DNA of 61,718 nucleotides, counting the filler, from Bacteriovoracaceae bacterium (GTDB lineage: Bacteria > Bdellovibrionota > Bacteriovoracia > Bacteriovoracales > Bacteriovoracaceae): assembly GCA_018649885.1 (NCBI GenBank). It is 4 parts of 4 records of this genome, joined end to end, with 100 filler letters (N's around TTAATTAATTAA, not from the genome) between each part and the next. Parts side by side here need not be neighbours in the genome. Positions count along the whole stretch, not along the records: positions 1 to 26,838 come from JABIHA010000102.1; positions 26,939 to 41,319 come from JABIHA010000070.1; 2 more parts are not named here. One strand, 5' to 3'. Of this stretch, positions 19,445 to 28,468 are shown in pieces; positions within the stretch are counted from its first letter, which is position 1, and the number at the start of each line of letters is the position of its first letter. The notes beneath the pieces were generated by a model that did no database searches, was not told the DNA's origin, and was given only the letters and a program-made list of their open reading frames with translations. The position numbers and the translations under genes were made by a program.

Positions 19445-21196
19445 CTAACTTTGAAGCAATATCGGTCCGCCGACATGTTGGTACTCATCGCCTTTTAGCT
19501 CACTGATGTCATAACCACTTAGGTGCCAGCTTACAATCTTTTGAAGAAAAGATGGAAGTCCCGGAATTTCAGCAAATCCAAAAGTTGAAATAAACTCATC
19601 TGTCATTTTCTGAAATTCATCAGTATTTTCATTAAATTGAGTCTTTCCCTCACAATCAAAAAATCGATTCCAAAAACTCGTAAGCTCACTTTTAGTAACA
19701 CCCATTTTCTTTTCTTCATTTTGAAGACTGCCTAGAGAGTAGTTAATCAGGCTAGACAATATAATTGACTCAAAATCAATTTCAGCAACATTGTAATTCA
19801 AATAGAACTGGTCCTGGAGATATTCCCCCTCAACCAACTGACTATAGCTTTGATGGAAACTTTGTATATAGGGAATAAGTCTTATTAAAAATTCAATTTC
19901 TTTTTCCCATTGATGAAAATCTTCTAACTTTTCGAGGCTCACTTTCTTCTCATCAAGACCTTTGGAATAATGGCCTGGCCCATCTAAGGCCTCTTCCAAA
20001 GTTTTATTTAAATGGACGCCAAAAAATTTCTGCTCTCCTAACTCTTCAAAGCCAAATTTCCTCAACTTGGCCTTAAGCTTTCTTTGGGATATGGCGACTA
20101 TTGATTTACCCACTTTATAAATTTCACTGAAATCAAAGAGTGCAAAGATACCTTGCTCGGGAAGATTGGCATTAGAATACTGAAGATAAAAATCAATATA
20201 TTCAAATCCTAGCTTCAATGAATTACTTACCTCAACTCCGTGCCTATTCATTGTAAGAGAACTCTCTTTTAGTGCTCCCTCAAAGGCCAAAACTGAATTT
20301 ACCAGTCTAATGAAATTAAACTGCAGATAATAAGATCTATCGCTATCTTTAATTTTCGAAAGTCCTGTATGAATTTTATCAAACCCCTTCCTAAAAGGAA
20401 CAATTTGGTTTGCGTGAAGTCTTTGCAATTTCTGGACAGAATCAAGTTCCGCAGTTAATTCTTTTTTATTTTTTATAAAACTATTCACATGGGACATGGA
20501 TGGAAAATTGGCAAGCAGTTTCAAAGACTCGTAGTAATCAACTATACCAATATCTTCCAGGCGACTTTTCTTAAATTGATATCCTGCCTCTTCAACATTA
20601 GCGTAACAATCCGAAACTATTTTAAATATGTGAGCATAGGCCCTCTCGACACCCCATCGACTATATAAATGTCTGAGTAAATTTTTGATTTGATCAACGT
20701 ATGGATAATCCTCTTCATACTCAAAAAGAAGAAGCCCATCATCGGTTAAAAAGTATTGATCATGATCTGGGTACATGGGATCTTCGACATCAAAAGTTTT
20801 GATATCAAATCTTCCTTTCAAGTAAAGAAGAAAGGATTCACCGGAGATAAAGTCCTCGACAATTTGCTCATCTTTGCATTTTAGGTAACTTGTAATCCAT
20901 CTCTCGAAGCTTGCCACGTCGAGGTGGTCTTTTTGCCACAAATCGATATCAATAAAATATTGTCTTTGAGCGCTCGAAAGCTTTTCAACTAATAGAGCTA
21001 ACTGATCTGATGTACATTTTTTTGTGGCCAAGTACATGGGCTGAACTGGAAGATTGTCCAACTTTTCGTTACTTTCAAGTAGCGCTTCAAGATTGTAATG
21101 ACCTTTGTAAGCCTCAGCTTCCATGAATAGTAGTGATAAAAGATCTCTATCGGTGTCGCTTGAATTTTCCAAGGTATATTCCCCAAATAATGACAT
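19445..21196 (-). CDS. Conserved hypothetical protein (DUF6178-like)
   Basis: 583 aa; DIDLWQKD and RLEDIGIVDYYE segments recalled from DUF6178-type proteins. Confidence 0.6.
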   Translation of the reverse strand: MSLFGEYTLENSSDTDRDLLSLLFMEAEAYKGHYNLEALLESNEKLDNLPVQPMYLATKKCTSDQLALLVEKLSSAQRQYFIDIDLWQKDHLDVASFERWITSYLKCKDEQIVEDFISGESFLLYLKGRFDIKTFDVEDPMYPDHDQYFLTDDGLLLFEYEEDYPYVDQIKNLLRHLYSRWGVERAYAHIFKIVSDCYANVEEAGYQFKKSRLEDIGIVDYYESLKLLANFPSMSHVNSFIKNKKELTAELDSVQKLQRLHANQIVPFRKGFDKIHTGLSKIKDSDRSYYLQFNFIRLVNSVLAFEGALKESSLTMNRHGVEVSNSLKLGFEYIDFYLQYSNANLPEQGIFALFDFSEIYKVGKSIVAISQRKLKAKLRKFGFEELGEQKFFGVHLNKTLEEALDGPGHYSKGLDEKKVSLEKLEDFHQWEKEIEFLIRLIPYIQSFHQSYSQLVEGEYLQDQFYLNYNVAEIDFESIILSSLINYSLGSLQNEEKKMGVTKSELTSFWNRFFDCEGKTQFNENTDEFQKMTDEFISTFGFAEIPGLPSFLQKIVSWHLSGYDISELKGDEYQHVGGPILLQS

Positions 21197-21252
21197 TGAG
21201 CTTCAGTTCATACCTAGAAATAAGTCAGTTGTAAATCACCGGGAACTAGCGG

Positions 21253-21645
21253 TTATTTGGCGAGTATTTTCTCTAGAGCAAGCCTTTCTTTTGGATTGAA
21301 ATCAAACCCACCTCCTCCTAGGAGGCTTTTAAGCTTGTGATGAGTTAAAGGATCATTTGGGTTATTTGCAGCAACATCACCTGGGGGATGGTCTTCGCCC
21401 CTTATTGTGGCCTTTAGGGCGTGACTTTTTTTGTTTAGAGCTTGCGCCTTATTGGAAATTTGGGCAGTATTTCCTGCTCTCCCACCTTGAAGTTGTTTAA
21501 TTTTGGCCCTGACTTCACTTTCGCTGAGAGTTCTTTTTGGTGCTGGCCTTGCATTTTTGCTACTAGACTTCACACTACTCGCTTTAGTGTTTGCTGCCGT
21601 ACTGGGGGCTGAGGCCGGATTTCCGTATACTGAAAAAAGTCCCAT
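21253..21645 (-). CDS. Hypothetical protein
   Basis: AGAGGAG RBS before MGLFSVYG; conserved-looking C-terminus NNPNDP.T..KLK.LL.GG.F.F. Confidence 0.65.
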   Translation of the reverse strand: MGLFSVYGNPASAPSTAANTKASSVKSSSKNARPAPKRTLSESEVRAKIKQLQGGRAGNTAQISNKAQALNKKSHALKATIRGEDHPPGDVAANNPNDPLTHHKLKSLLGGGGFDFNPKERLALEKILAK

Positions 21646-21879
21646 GTGGGCTCCTCTTTTAATGCCTAGCACCATTTTACCCAAAGTGGGCCTTGTAAAT
21701 AAAGATCGAAATTTTTTCTCAAACTTGAGGGAAACATTTTAAACAACTACAAGTTTCTAGGAAAAAAATGCCCCAATTGCATCACTCATGCACCACAATT
21801 GATCTTCGCTAGCTAGAGCAATCCAAGCGGTCTCCGAGAAGAGATTACAACCCAAAATAACAATGAACCGAGGTGAATT

Positions 21880-22539
21880 ATGGAAAATTTCAATTGGATC
21901 ACGGTAAGATCCGCCCTGACGACTGTGGTACTCAGCTTCACACTGATGTTAAGTACTTCATGTAACAAGCCTGAGGGTGAAAACCCTGAAATCGAAGGAG
22001 TTACTGGACCTGTTCTAAATCTCATTGAAGACAATATGATAATCTCTATTGTTTTTGACGATCTAGTTTTAGATGGAGGCCTAAGGTTTCCAATTCCTGA
22101 GTATGAAAGAAGTTTTGTAGAAGTAGGCCCTGACTTTGATTCAGGGGGAACACTCATGACTGTTTCTGTTTCTCTTCAAGATCTTTTTGATGATAAATTA
22201 AAAATGCTTGATCCTCAAACCCTTCCAGGAGGAAGACCACTTCCTGGAGTTGCAGGTGGAACTCTACCGGCCACAGCTTTTTCCATTCAAGATTGGGGCA
22301 TGGAAGACTTTGCATTTTACCTAGGCCCAAAATTATTTGGAAGCTTTATTCCATTTAAACTTGGAGTCCCAGGCGCCATTTTAACCTATAGATTTTATGT
22401 AGACGGAAAGAGAATGGGTAACATCTCTCTCGTAGGTGAAGACGAAAATGGGCAGAACTCAGGAATGTTTTTAATTTTAGATGTAGACCAAGCAACTGAA
22501 GACTATTTAAGAGATGTTGCTGAATTCTACCGCTATTAA
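21880..22539 (+). CDS. Conserved hypothetical lipoprotein
   Basis: GAGG RBS, LSTSC lipobox, DPQTLPGGRPLPGV motif. Confidence 0.75.
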   Translation: MENFNWITVRSALTTVVLSFTLMLSTSCNKPEGENPEIEGVTGPVLNLIEDNMIISIVFDDLVLDGGLRFPIPEYERSFVEVGPDFDSGGTLMTVSVSLQDLFDDKLKMLDPQTLPGGRPLPGVAGGTLPATAFSIQDWGMEDFAFYLGPKLFGSFIPFKLGVPGAILTYRFYVDGKRMGNISLVGEDENGQNSGMFLILDVDQATEDYLRDVAEFYRY

Positions 22540-22565
22540 TTTTTAATACGTAAGTACCAGATATG

Positions 22566-22589
22566 GGGGAAGTTTAACTTCCCCTTTTT
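22566..22589 (+). terminator. Intrinsic terminator
   Basis: ggggaagtt-t-aacttcccc followed by T tract. Confidence 0.7.
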
Positions 22590-22714
22590 CTTGGCACTTT
22601 TAAAAATCGCGCCTTTTTTAACTCTCTGAAAACTTGAAATCCAAACCCTAATTATCAGCTTCTCCCTATCCCGGTTACAATAGTTTAGCTTTTTAATACG
22701 ACAGGGGATGTACT

Positions 22715-23035
22715 ATTAAACAAATTTTATTTGTCGCTTTAGCATTTTTTCTGGGCACACCGAGCGCTTTCTCATCTGAGAAAATATGCAAAATTGGGGT
22801 TTGGGACAATGAAGGAAAATTCCATAAACTCGAAAGAATCGTCAACGTTCCAAAAACAGTTTGTAAATACAAAGCGATGAAAAGAGATATTGCCAGAAAG
22901 TTTAAATGGAAAATAGTTAAGCTTTGTAATAAAGGTACTGAAAAAGTGGGTTGGCTCTGGGAGCAGTATGAGCGAGGCTTGATTAAAAGACAAAAATCTC
23001 AAAAATCTTGGAATTGCGTAGAGTTTGATAACTAA
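22715..23035 (+). CDS. Secreted 106-aa protein with apparent ATT start (not in ORF track)
   Basis: AGGGGA RBS then ATT AAA CAA; IKQILFVALAFFLGTPSAFS signal peptide; four Cys; in-frame stop at 22694 excludes an upstream ATG. Confidence 0.6.
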   Translation: MKQILFVALAFFLGTPSAFSSEKICKIGVWDNEGKFHKLERIVNVPKTVCKYKAMKRDIARKFKWKIVKLCNKGTEKVGWLWEQYERGLIKRQKSQKSWNCVEFDN

Positions 23036-23079
23036 AAAGCCGAGTACCCAGTCAGGGAAGCACTCGGCAATATTAAAAT

Positions 23080-24225
23080 TTAAGCTTGAATTGGTGATTG
23101 ATAGATTCGCCATCTTCTATATATGGGAAGCCCCATATCTTTCCAAGGCTTATTCATCCCTTCATTGTCTTCTAAGATCCAAGAAGCTTCTCCACCAATT
23201 AATCCATATTTTTTGGCCCTAATAAAACCTTCGTGAGAAAAGAGTGCAAAAATACCTTCTTTTCTAAATTCAGGCTTCACTCCCAAGGCGACAACTCTTA
23301 CTGTTTTTAAAAGTTTTTTGCCTATTAATAGTTTTGGAAGTCCAAATGGAAAGAGCTTTCCGTTTGGTATGCGCTTTAGGATATGGTTGATATCAGGTAG
23401 AGCAAACATAAATCCAGCAGGTGCTCCATCTTTTAATACGATATAAGAAAACCTTGGGTCAACAATTAACTTCATGTCTTCAGCTGCATACTTAAACTCT
23501 TCTCTGGTCATAGGGACAAATCCCCAGTTCTTCTCCCAGGCAGCATTATAAATCTCAAAACATGTATCAATATCCCGATCCCAGTTCTTTGTACTTAAGT
23601 CTCTAAAGGTGAACCCATCTTCTCTTCTCAGTTTATTTGAACGGGTCACGACTTTAGCTGGAAGCTCATCAACACCTTCATGTGGTATCCAGTAGGCAAC
23701 AAGATCTTTGACGCCTTCAAACCCAGATTTCTCATGTAGATCTTGGTAATACTTAGGATTGTATGTGGTCATAATTGTAGGGTGCTGAGAGTGTCCCCTC
23801 ACTAAAAGTCCACACTCATGATTAGTAGAAGGACTCATTGGTCCTCTAAGAGCATCAAGACCCTCGTTCTTACACCAAGACTTGGCAGCTTTAAAAAGCT
23901 CGTCCGCAACCTCTTGATCATTGGTGCATTCAAAGTACCCATAAAAGCCGATATTTTCATCGTGATACTCATTATGAGCGTCATTTTTGACAGCTGCGAT
24001 TCTTCCTACAACTTTTCCGTCTTTTTTAGCTATAAAAAGTTCAATTTTGGCCCTCTTATAGAAGGGATTTTTTACAGTATCTAGGGATTCTTTCACACTA
24101 AGTCTTAGTGGTGGAACCCAATTCGGGTATTCTTTACTCGAATATATTCTCCAGGGCACATCAATAAATAGCTTTTTCAATGACTTAGACTTCCCGACTG
24201 GAAAGATTTCAATCTGCTGTTTCAT
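23080..24225 (-). CDS. GNAT-fold acyltransferase, probable bacterial ceramide synthase (bCerS)
   Basis: VVGRIAA, GFYGYFEC, GPMSPSTNHECGLLV, NWGFVPMT, SWILEDN; divergent from spt. Confidence 0.72.
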   Translation of the reverse strand: MKQQIEIFPVGKSKSLKKLFIDVPWRIYSSKEYPNWVPPLRLSVKESLDTVKNPFYKRAKIELFIAKKDGKVVGRIAAVKNDAHNEYHDENIGFYGYFECTNDQEVADELFKAAKSWCKNEGLDALRGPMSPSTNHECGLLVRGHSQHPTIMTTYNPKYYQDLHEKSGFEGVKDLVAYWIPHEGVDELPAKVVTRSNKLRREDGFTFRDLSTKNWDRDIDTCFEIYNAAWEKNWGFVPMTREEFKYAAEDMKLIVDPRFSYIVLKDGAPAGFMFALPDINHILKRIPNGKLFPFGLPKLLIGKKLLKTVRVVALGVKPEFRKEGIFALFSHEGFIRAKKYGLIGGEASWILEDNEGMNKPWKDMGLPIYRRWRIYQSPIQA

Positions 24226-24422
24226 TGTTTCCTCGCTTATGAAACGGGGCTTGTCTCTAAGCTGACTTAGTTTATAGTAGCAAAAGAACTTTAACGCAAC
24301 ATGTTATGAAAATTTTTTAGCCGATCTTTTTTTATTATAAATTGGGCTTGTCACTAATAGATCGAACTAAATAATTTACTTTAGAAACTGCATTTAAAAA
24401 AACAACTATCAACCTGGAGTCA

Positions 24423-25637
24423 ATGATGATTGTTGAAGATTACTCGAAAAAACCTTTGGTCCAAAGAAAGAGACAAGTTGAAAAACTTGGGCTTTACACA
24501 TTTTTTAGACCAATTTCTGAATCAACTGGTAGAACAGTTACTGTAAGGGGAAAGAAACAAGTTATGGTAGGTTCAAATAACTATCTCGGACTTACACACC
24601 ACCCCTATGTAAAAGAAAAAGCTAAGGAAGCAATTGATAAATACGGTACTGGATGTACTGGATCAAGATTTATAAATGGGAATTTAGATCTACACGAAGA
24701 GCTAGAAGAAAGACTGGCAAAATTTATGGGTGTAGAGAAGACCATTGTTTATTCCACGGGAATGCAAACAAACTTAGGGTCTATTGCAGCTATCACTGAA
24801 GGTAAGGCCGCTATTTTTAGCGATGCCGAAAATCACGCCTCTATTATTGATGCTTGTAGACTTTCAAGGTCACCAATTTACAAATTTAAGCATAATAGTA
24901 TGGAAGAGCTTGAAATGTTACTCGAAGAAAATCGTGACAAATACGATGATGCAATGATTATCGTAGATGGCGTTTATTCCATGACTGGTGATATTGCGAA
25001 TCTTCCAGAAATTGTGACCCTTTCAAAAAAATATAATTGCAAAGTATATGTTGATGATGCTCACGGCCTCGGTGTTCTAGGTCCCAATGGACAAGGAACT
25101 CCCACTCATTTTGGACTACAAAAAGATGTAGACTTTTTAATGGGTACCTTTTCTAAATCATTCGCCTCTATTGGCGGTGTTTTAGGTGGCGCTAAAGATT
25201 CAATTGAGTTTGTTCAATTAACTTCACGCTCTCTTACTTTTTCAGCAAGTATACCACCATCTGCTGCGGCAACAGTACTGGCCTGTCTCGATATACTCGA
25301 AAAAGATGATAGTTTAGTTAAGAAACTTAATGATAATGTTGATTTTATGGCCCGTGGTTTTAAAGACCTCGGTTTCTATACTTATGATTCAAAAACACCT
25401 ATTATCTCTATACTAGTTGGTGATGAGCTTATTGGACTTCAAGTTGCAAAAGCACTGGACGATATGGGTGTCTTTACATCTTGCATTCTTCCACCAGCAG
25501 TTCCAAAAGGTGAAGCTTTGATTAGAACAAGCTACATGGCATCTCATGAAAAAGAAGAATTGCAATACGTTTTAGATGTATTCGCAAAACTAAAGAAAAT
25601 GTTTCCATTTGCGACCGAATTGAAGCAGGGGCTCTAA
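24423..25637 (+). CDS. spt: Serine palmitoyltransferase (alpha-oxoamine synthase family)
   Basis: GSNNYLGL, YGTGCTGSRF, NHASIID, DDAHGLG, GTFSKS PLP lysine; context with GNAT and reductase. Confidence 0.78.
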   Translation: MMIVEDYSKKPLVQRKRQVEKLGLYTFFRPISESTGRTVTVRGKKQVMVGSNNYLGLTHHPYVKEKAKEAIDKYGTGCTGSRFINGNLDLHEELEERLAKFMGVEKTIVYSTGMQTNLGSIAAITEGKAAIFSDAENHASIIDACRLSRSPIYKFKHNSMEELEMLLEENRDKYDDAMIIVDGVYSMTGDIANLPEIVTLSKKYNCKVYVDDAHGLGVLGPNGQGTPTHFGLQKDVDFLMGTFSKSFASIGGVLGGAKDSIEFVQLTSRSLTFSASIPPSAAATVLACLDILEKDDSLVKKLNDNVDFMARGFKDLGFYTYDSKTPIISILVGDELIGLQVAKALDDMGVFTSCILPPAVPKGEALIRTSYMASHEKEELQYVLDVFAKLKKMFPFATELKQGL

Positions 25638-26641
25638 TGAAAGTTATTGTTTCTGGATCAACCGGTTTTATAGGATCACATATTTGTGATAGACTCCAAA
25701 GCGAGGGAGTAGATATCTATTCCCTCGCTCGCAATCAAAGAAAGTTTAAAGACTTTGATGTGAAAGGAAAGTTTGTTCAATGTGATTTCAATTCCCTTAA
25801 AGATGAAATGCTAGAAGAATTACCAGAAAGTGTTGATGCAATCATTCATGTCGCTGGAACTCTGTTTTCACACAATCCAAATGATTACTATCAAATGAAT
25901 GTGGAAAGAACTCTTGATTTTATCAACATGCTTAAGAAGAAGTATGAGGCCCAACGGGTAAAGTTGATATTCTTCTCTTCTATAGCAGCAGCCGGTCCTT
26001 CGGCGAGTGGAAGGGCTAAGTCAGAAAGTGAGCTCGAAAATCCCGTGAGCCACTATGGTAAGTCGAAGCTTGAAGCTGAGAAGGCCTTGATAGCAGCAGC
26101 CCCCGAGGGTTGGGAAGTTGTAATTATTAGACCTCCAATGGTTATAGGACCAAGAGACCCGGCCTTTTTAGAGGTTTTTCAAATCATAGGAAAGAAAATC
26201 TGTCCTTACCTAGGAGTTGATGGCCACAAAACAAAAATAAGTTTTGTAAGCGTTTTTGACCTAGTTGAGGTCATTCACCAATCACTAAATACTGAGCACG
26301 ACTCAAGTGAGCCACAAGTTTATTACCCTTGCCATCCAGATATTGTCGAAATGGAAGAGTTGAACAAGATGATACAAGATTCAATGGGATTAAAACGAGT
26401 GTTCAGAGTATTTATTCCTCTTAGCTTTATAAAGTCAGCTGCATATTGTGTTCAGTTTCTATCTAAATTTGTAGATTTAGGAAGCGGGCTTACTGTTGAT
26501 AAAACTAGGGAAATGGAAGTCTCTCCGTGGATATTCTCTCCACAAAAATCTATTGATCGATTGGGTGTAAATTACCAATACAATTTAGAGCGAACTATTG
26601 ATATCACACTAAAAGATTACCGCGAGCGTGGTTGGGTTTAA
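25637..26641 (+). CDS. Extended SDR NAD(P)-dependent reductase, candidate ceramide/ketosphinganine reductase
   Basis: SGSTGFIG, SSIAA, YGKSK; TAATG overlap with spt. Confidence 0.7.
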   Translation: MKVIVSGSTGFIGSHICDRLQSEGVDIYSLARNQRKFKDFDVKGKFVQCDFNSLKDEMLEELPESVDAIIHVAGTLFSHNPNDYYQMNVERTLDFINMLKKKYEAQRVKLIFFSSIAAAGPSASGRAKSESELENPVSHYGKSKLEAEKALIAAAPEGWEVVIIRPPMVIGPRDPAFLEVFQIIGKKICPYLGVDGHKTKISFVSVFDLVEVIHQSLNTEHDSSEPQVYYPCHPDIVEMEELNKMIQDSMGLKRVFRVFIPLSFIKSAAYCVQFLSKFVDLGSGLTVDKTREMEVSPWIFSPQKSIDRLGVNYQYNLERTIDITLKDYRERGWV

Positions 26642-26838
26642 ACCTAAGCCTGACCTAAAGCTGAAATTTACTTTTTCTTAAAACGTAGCCGTTGACCTAT
26701 TACTTCGCCCTCTCCCTCGCCCTCGCCAATCAAAATAAAATGTGCGGTTTTGTTAAATCATTTTAAATTCGAAGATTGGTTTGAACTTTCCGAGACATAC
26801 TTTACTATTTATTAGCGACACATACTTTACACTATGTG

Positions 26839-26938
26839 NNNNNNNNNNNNNNNNNNNNNNNNNNNNNNNNNNNNNNNNNNNNTTAATTAATTAANNNNNN
26901 NNNNNNNNNNNNNNNNNNNNNNNNNNNNNNNNNNNNNN
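26839..26938. other. Artificial contig linker
   Basis: 100-nt N run with central TTAATTAATTAA (stops in all six frames). Confidence 0.97.
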
Positions 26939-27074
26939 CCCAATTTAAGAACGGTGCGTGGATATCGCCATCTCAAAGAACTCAGAGAGGCAATGAAGAA
27001 CTTGAATTTTAAAGAAAATATTATTAAAGTGGCGTAAGGCATTGTTCAATTTCAACTGACAATGGGACTACGCC
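26939..27074 (+). mobile_element. 3' end of IS256-like insertion sequence
   Basis: Partial ORF NLRTVRGYRHLKELREAM..KVA* resembling IS256 transposase C-termini, then terminal aatttcaactgacaatgggactacgcc; sits at contig edge. Confidence 0.6.
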
Positions 27075-27082
27075 TTTTATAA

Positions 27083-27181
27083 ATGTCCATCTACAAGATT
27101 AACCTCAAAGACCATACAGCAACCAGCATCAATGGCATCACGTGTAAGCCGACAGAAACCAGGAAGGGTATTAAGGGCTAA
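27083..27181 (+). repeat. Truncated copy 1 of the 72-aa ORF at 31071
   Basis: MSIYKINLKDHTATSINGITCKPTETRKGIKG*. Confidence 0.85.
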
Positions 27182-27202
27182 GGACAAAACAAAGGAATAA
27201 CC

Positions 27203-27439
27203 ATGTCAATTGCATTATGGGCAAAAAATATTCGGTGTCCGAATTGCAAGTTTGAAGGGAAAGCGAAAGTTAAAGGCACAGGGGGCTGGCTTTTTTTAAT
27301 TGCGATAATTTTGTTTCTAATTGGAATTGTCTTCTGGCTATTATTAATTCTAGTACCTATCCTTATATTAATTGCAATATTTCGTCCCGCAAAACAAATA
27401 TGTCCTAATTGTAAATGGGAACATCCGATACCTCTTTAA
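27203..27439 (+). CDS. Small zinc-ribbon membrane protein (LITAF-like topology)
   Basis: CPNC - hydrophobic hairpin - CPNC; AAGGA RBS. Confidence 0.75.
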   Translation: MSIALWAKNIRCPNCKFEGKAKVKGTGGWLFLIAIILFLIGIVFWLLLILVPILILIAIFRPAKQICPNCKWEHPIPL

Positions 27440-27462
27440 TTTTAAAAACTTAATATTCCATA

Positions 27463-28341
27463 ATGAACCACCAACAGACTATTGATGAATTAGAAAAGAC
27501 TGGGAACTACAGAGTTCTGTACAAGTATCAAAAACCAAATTCTTATCATCAAGAGGATGGCTCAGAAAAAATAACTGGGATATTCCTAGATGTAGAAACT
27601 ACTGGGTTAAGCCATGAGATTGATAAAATTATTGAGATTGCCCTCGTTCCATTTGAGTTCTCAAAAGATGGTCGTATTTTCAATATTCTAGAAGCTTACT
27701 CTAGCTTAGAAGACCCTCAAACCCCTCTCCCTCAAAAGATAATCTCATTAACTGGCCTTACAGATGAAATGCTTACCGGAAAGTCCTTTGATGATGAAGC
27801 GATTAAGAGCATTGTCGAATCTTCTAGTTTAATAATTGCCCACAATGCAAATTTTGACAGGAAGTTTGTAGAGAAAAGATTCTCAATATTTCAAACAAAA
27901 TCATGGGCATGTTCGGCAAGCCAAGTGCCGTGGGAAGATGAGGGGCTTGCAAGTGTTAAACTAGAATACTTAGCTTATAAATTCGGGTATTTCTTTGAAG
28001 GTCATCGAGCAGAAATTGATTGTTGTGCTTCTCTGCATCTTCTTTCTATGACCCTTCCTAAGTCTGGTGATTTGGTTCTAAAGACCTTGCTTAATAATGC
28101 ACGGTTGAAGTCATATAGAATTTGGGCTCTTGGTAGCCCTTTTGAGTCAAAAGACTTGTTAAAAAATCGTGGGTATAGGTGGCCAGGTGATAATGGGAAA
28201 CATCGCTCATGGTATATAGATGTCGATGAAGAAAGCAAAGAGCAGGAATTGAAATATTTGAAAGAAGAAATCTTTAAGATGGATATTGATCTACCTATTG
28301 ATTCGATTACTGCCTTCAATAGATTTTCCGAACGTATTTGA
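27463..28341 (+). CDS. DEDDh 3'-5' exonuclease (DnaQ-like)
   Basis: LDVETTG, AHNANFD, HRAEID motifs. Confidence 0.9.
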   Translation: MNHQQTIDELEKTGNYRVLYKYQKPNSYHQEDGSEKITGIFLDVETTGLSHEIDKIIEIALVPFEFSKDGRIFNILEAYSSLEDPQTPLPQKIISLTGLTDEMLTGKSFDDEAIKSIVESSSLIIAHNANFDRKFVEKRFSIFQTKSWACSASQVPWEDEGLASVKLEYLAYKFGYFFEGHRAEIDCCASLHLLSMTLPKSGDLVLKTLLNNARLKSYRIWALGSPFESKDLLKNRGYRWPGDNGKHRSWYIDVDEESKEQELKYLKEEIFKMDIDLPIDSITAFNRFSERI

Positions 28342-28468
28342 TTTAGACAAGGGACTACTCGCATACAGAAATGACAATGGATAGAATAGCTATGCTGATT
28401 AAAACTGTTATGGCTGTCAGGTATGATGGTGGGAAGAAAACTCATAAATGGTGTGAGCGAGGGAACTT

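Noticed and set aside
22772..23113. 113-aa minus-strand ORF
   Set aside because: Antisense to the better supported signal-peptide ORF 22715-23035 and overlaps the GNAT stop
24423..25637. BioF or Kbl annotation
   Set aside because: No bio or tdh genes adjacent; GTGCTGSRF motif and neighbours favour Spt
26883..26894. TTAATTAATTAA palindrome, also at 41364 and 55071
   Set aside because: Identical, centred in 100-nt N runs: an assembly spacer
28361..28414. attC-like pairing catacag...ctgttatg suggesting an integron
   Set aside because: R'' box lacks a base, no complementary L boxes, not repeated at other junctions, and the integrase is P4-type; an IntegronFinder run would settle it
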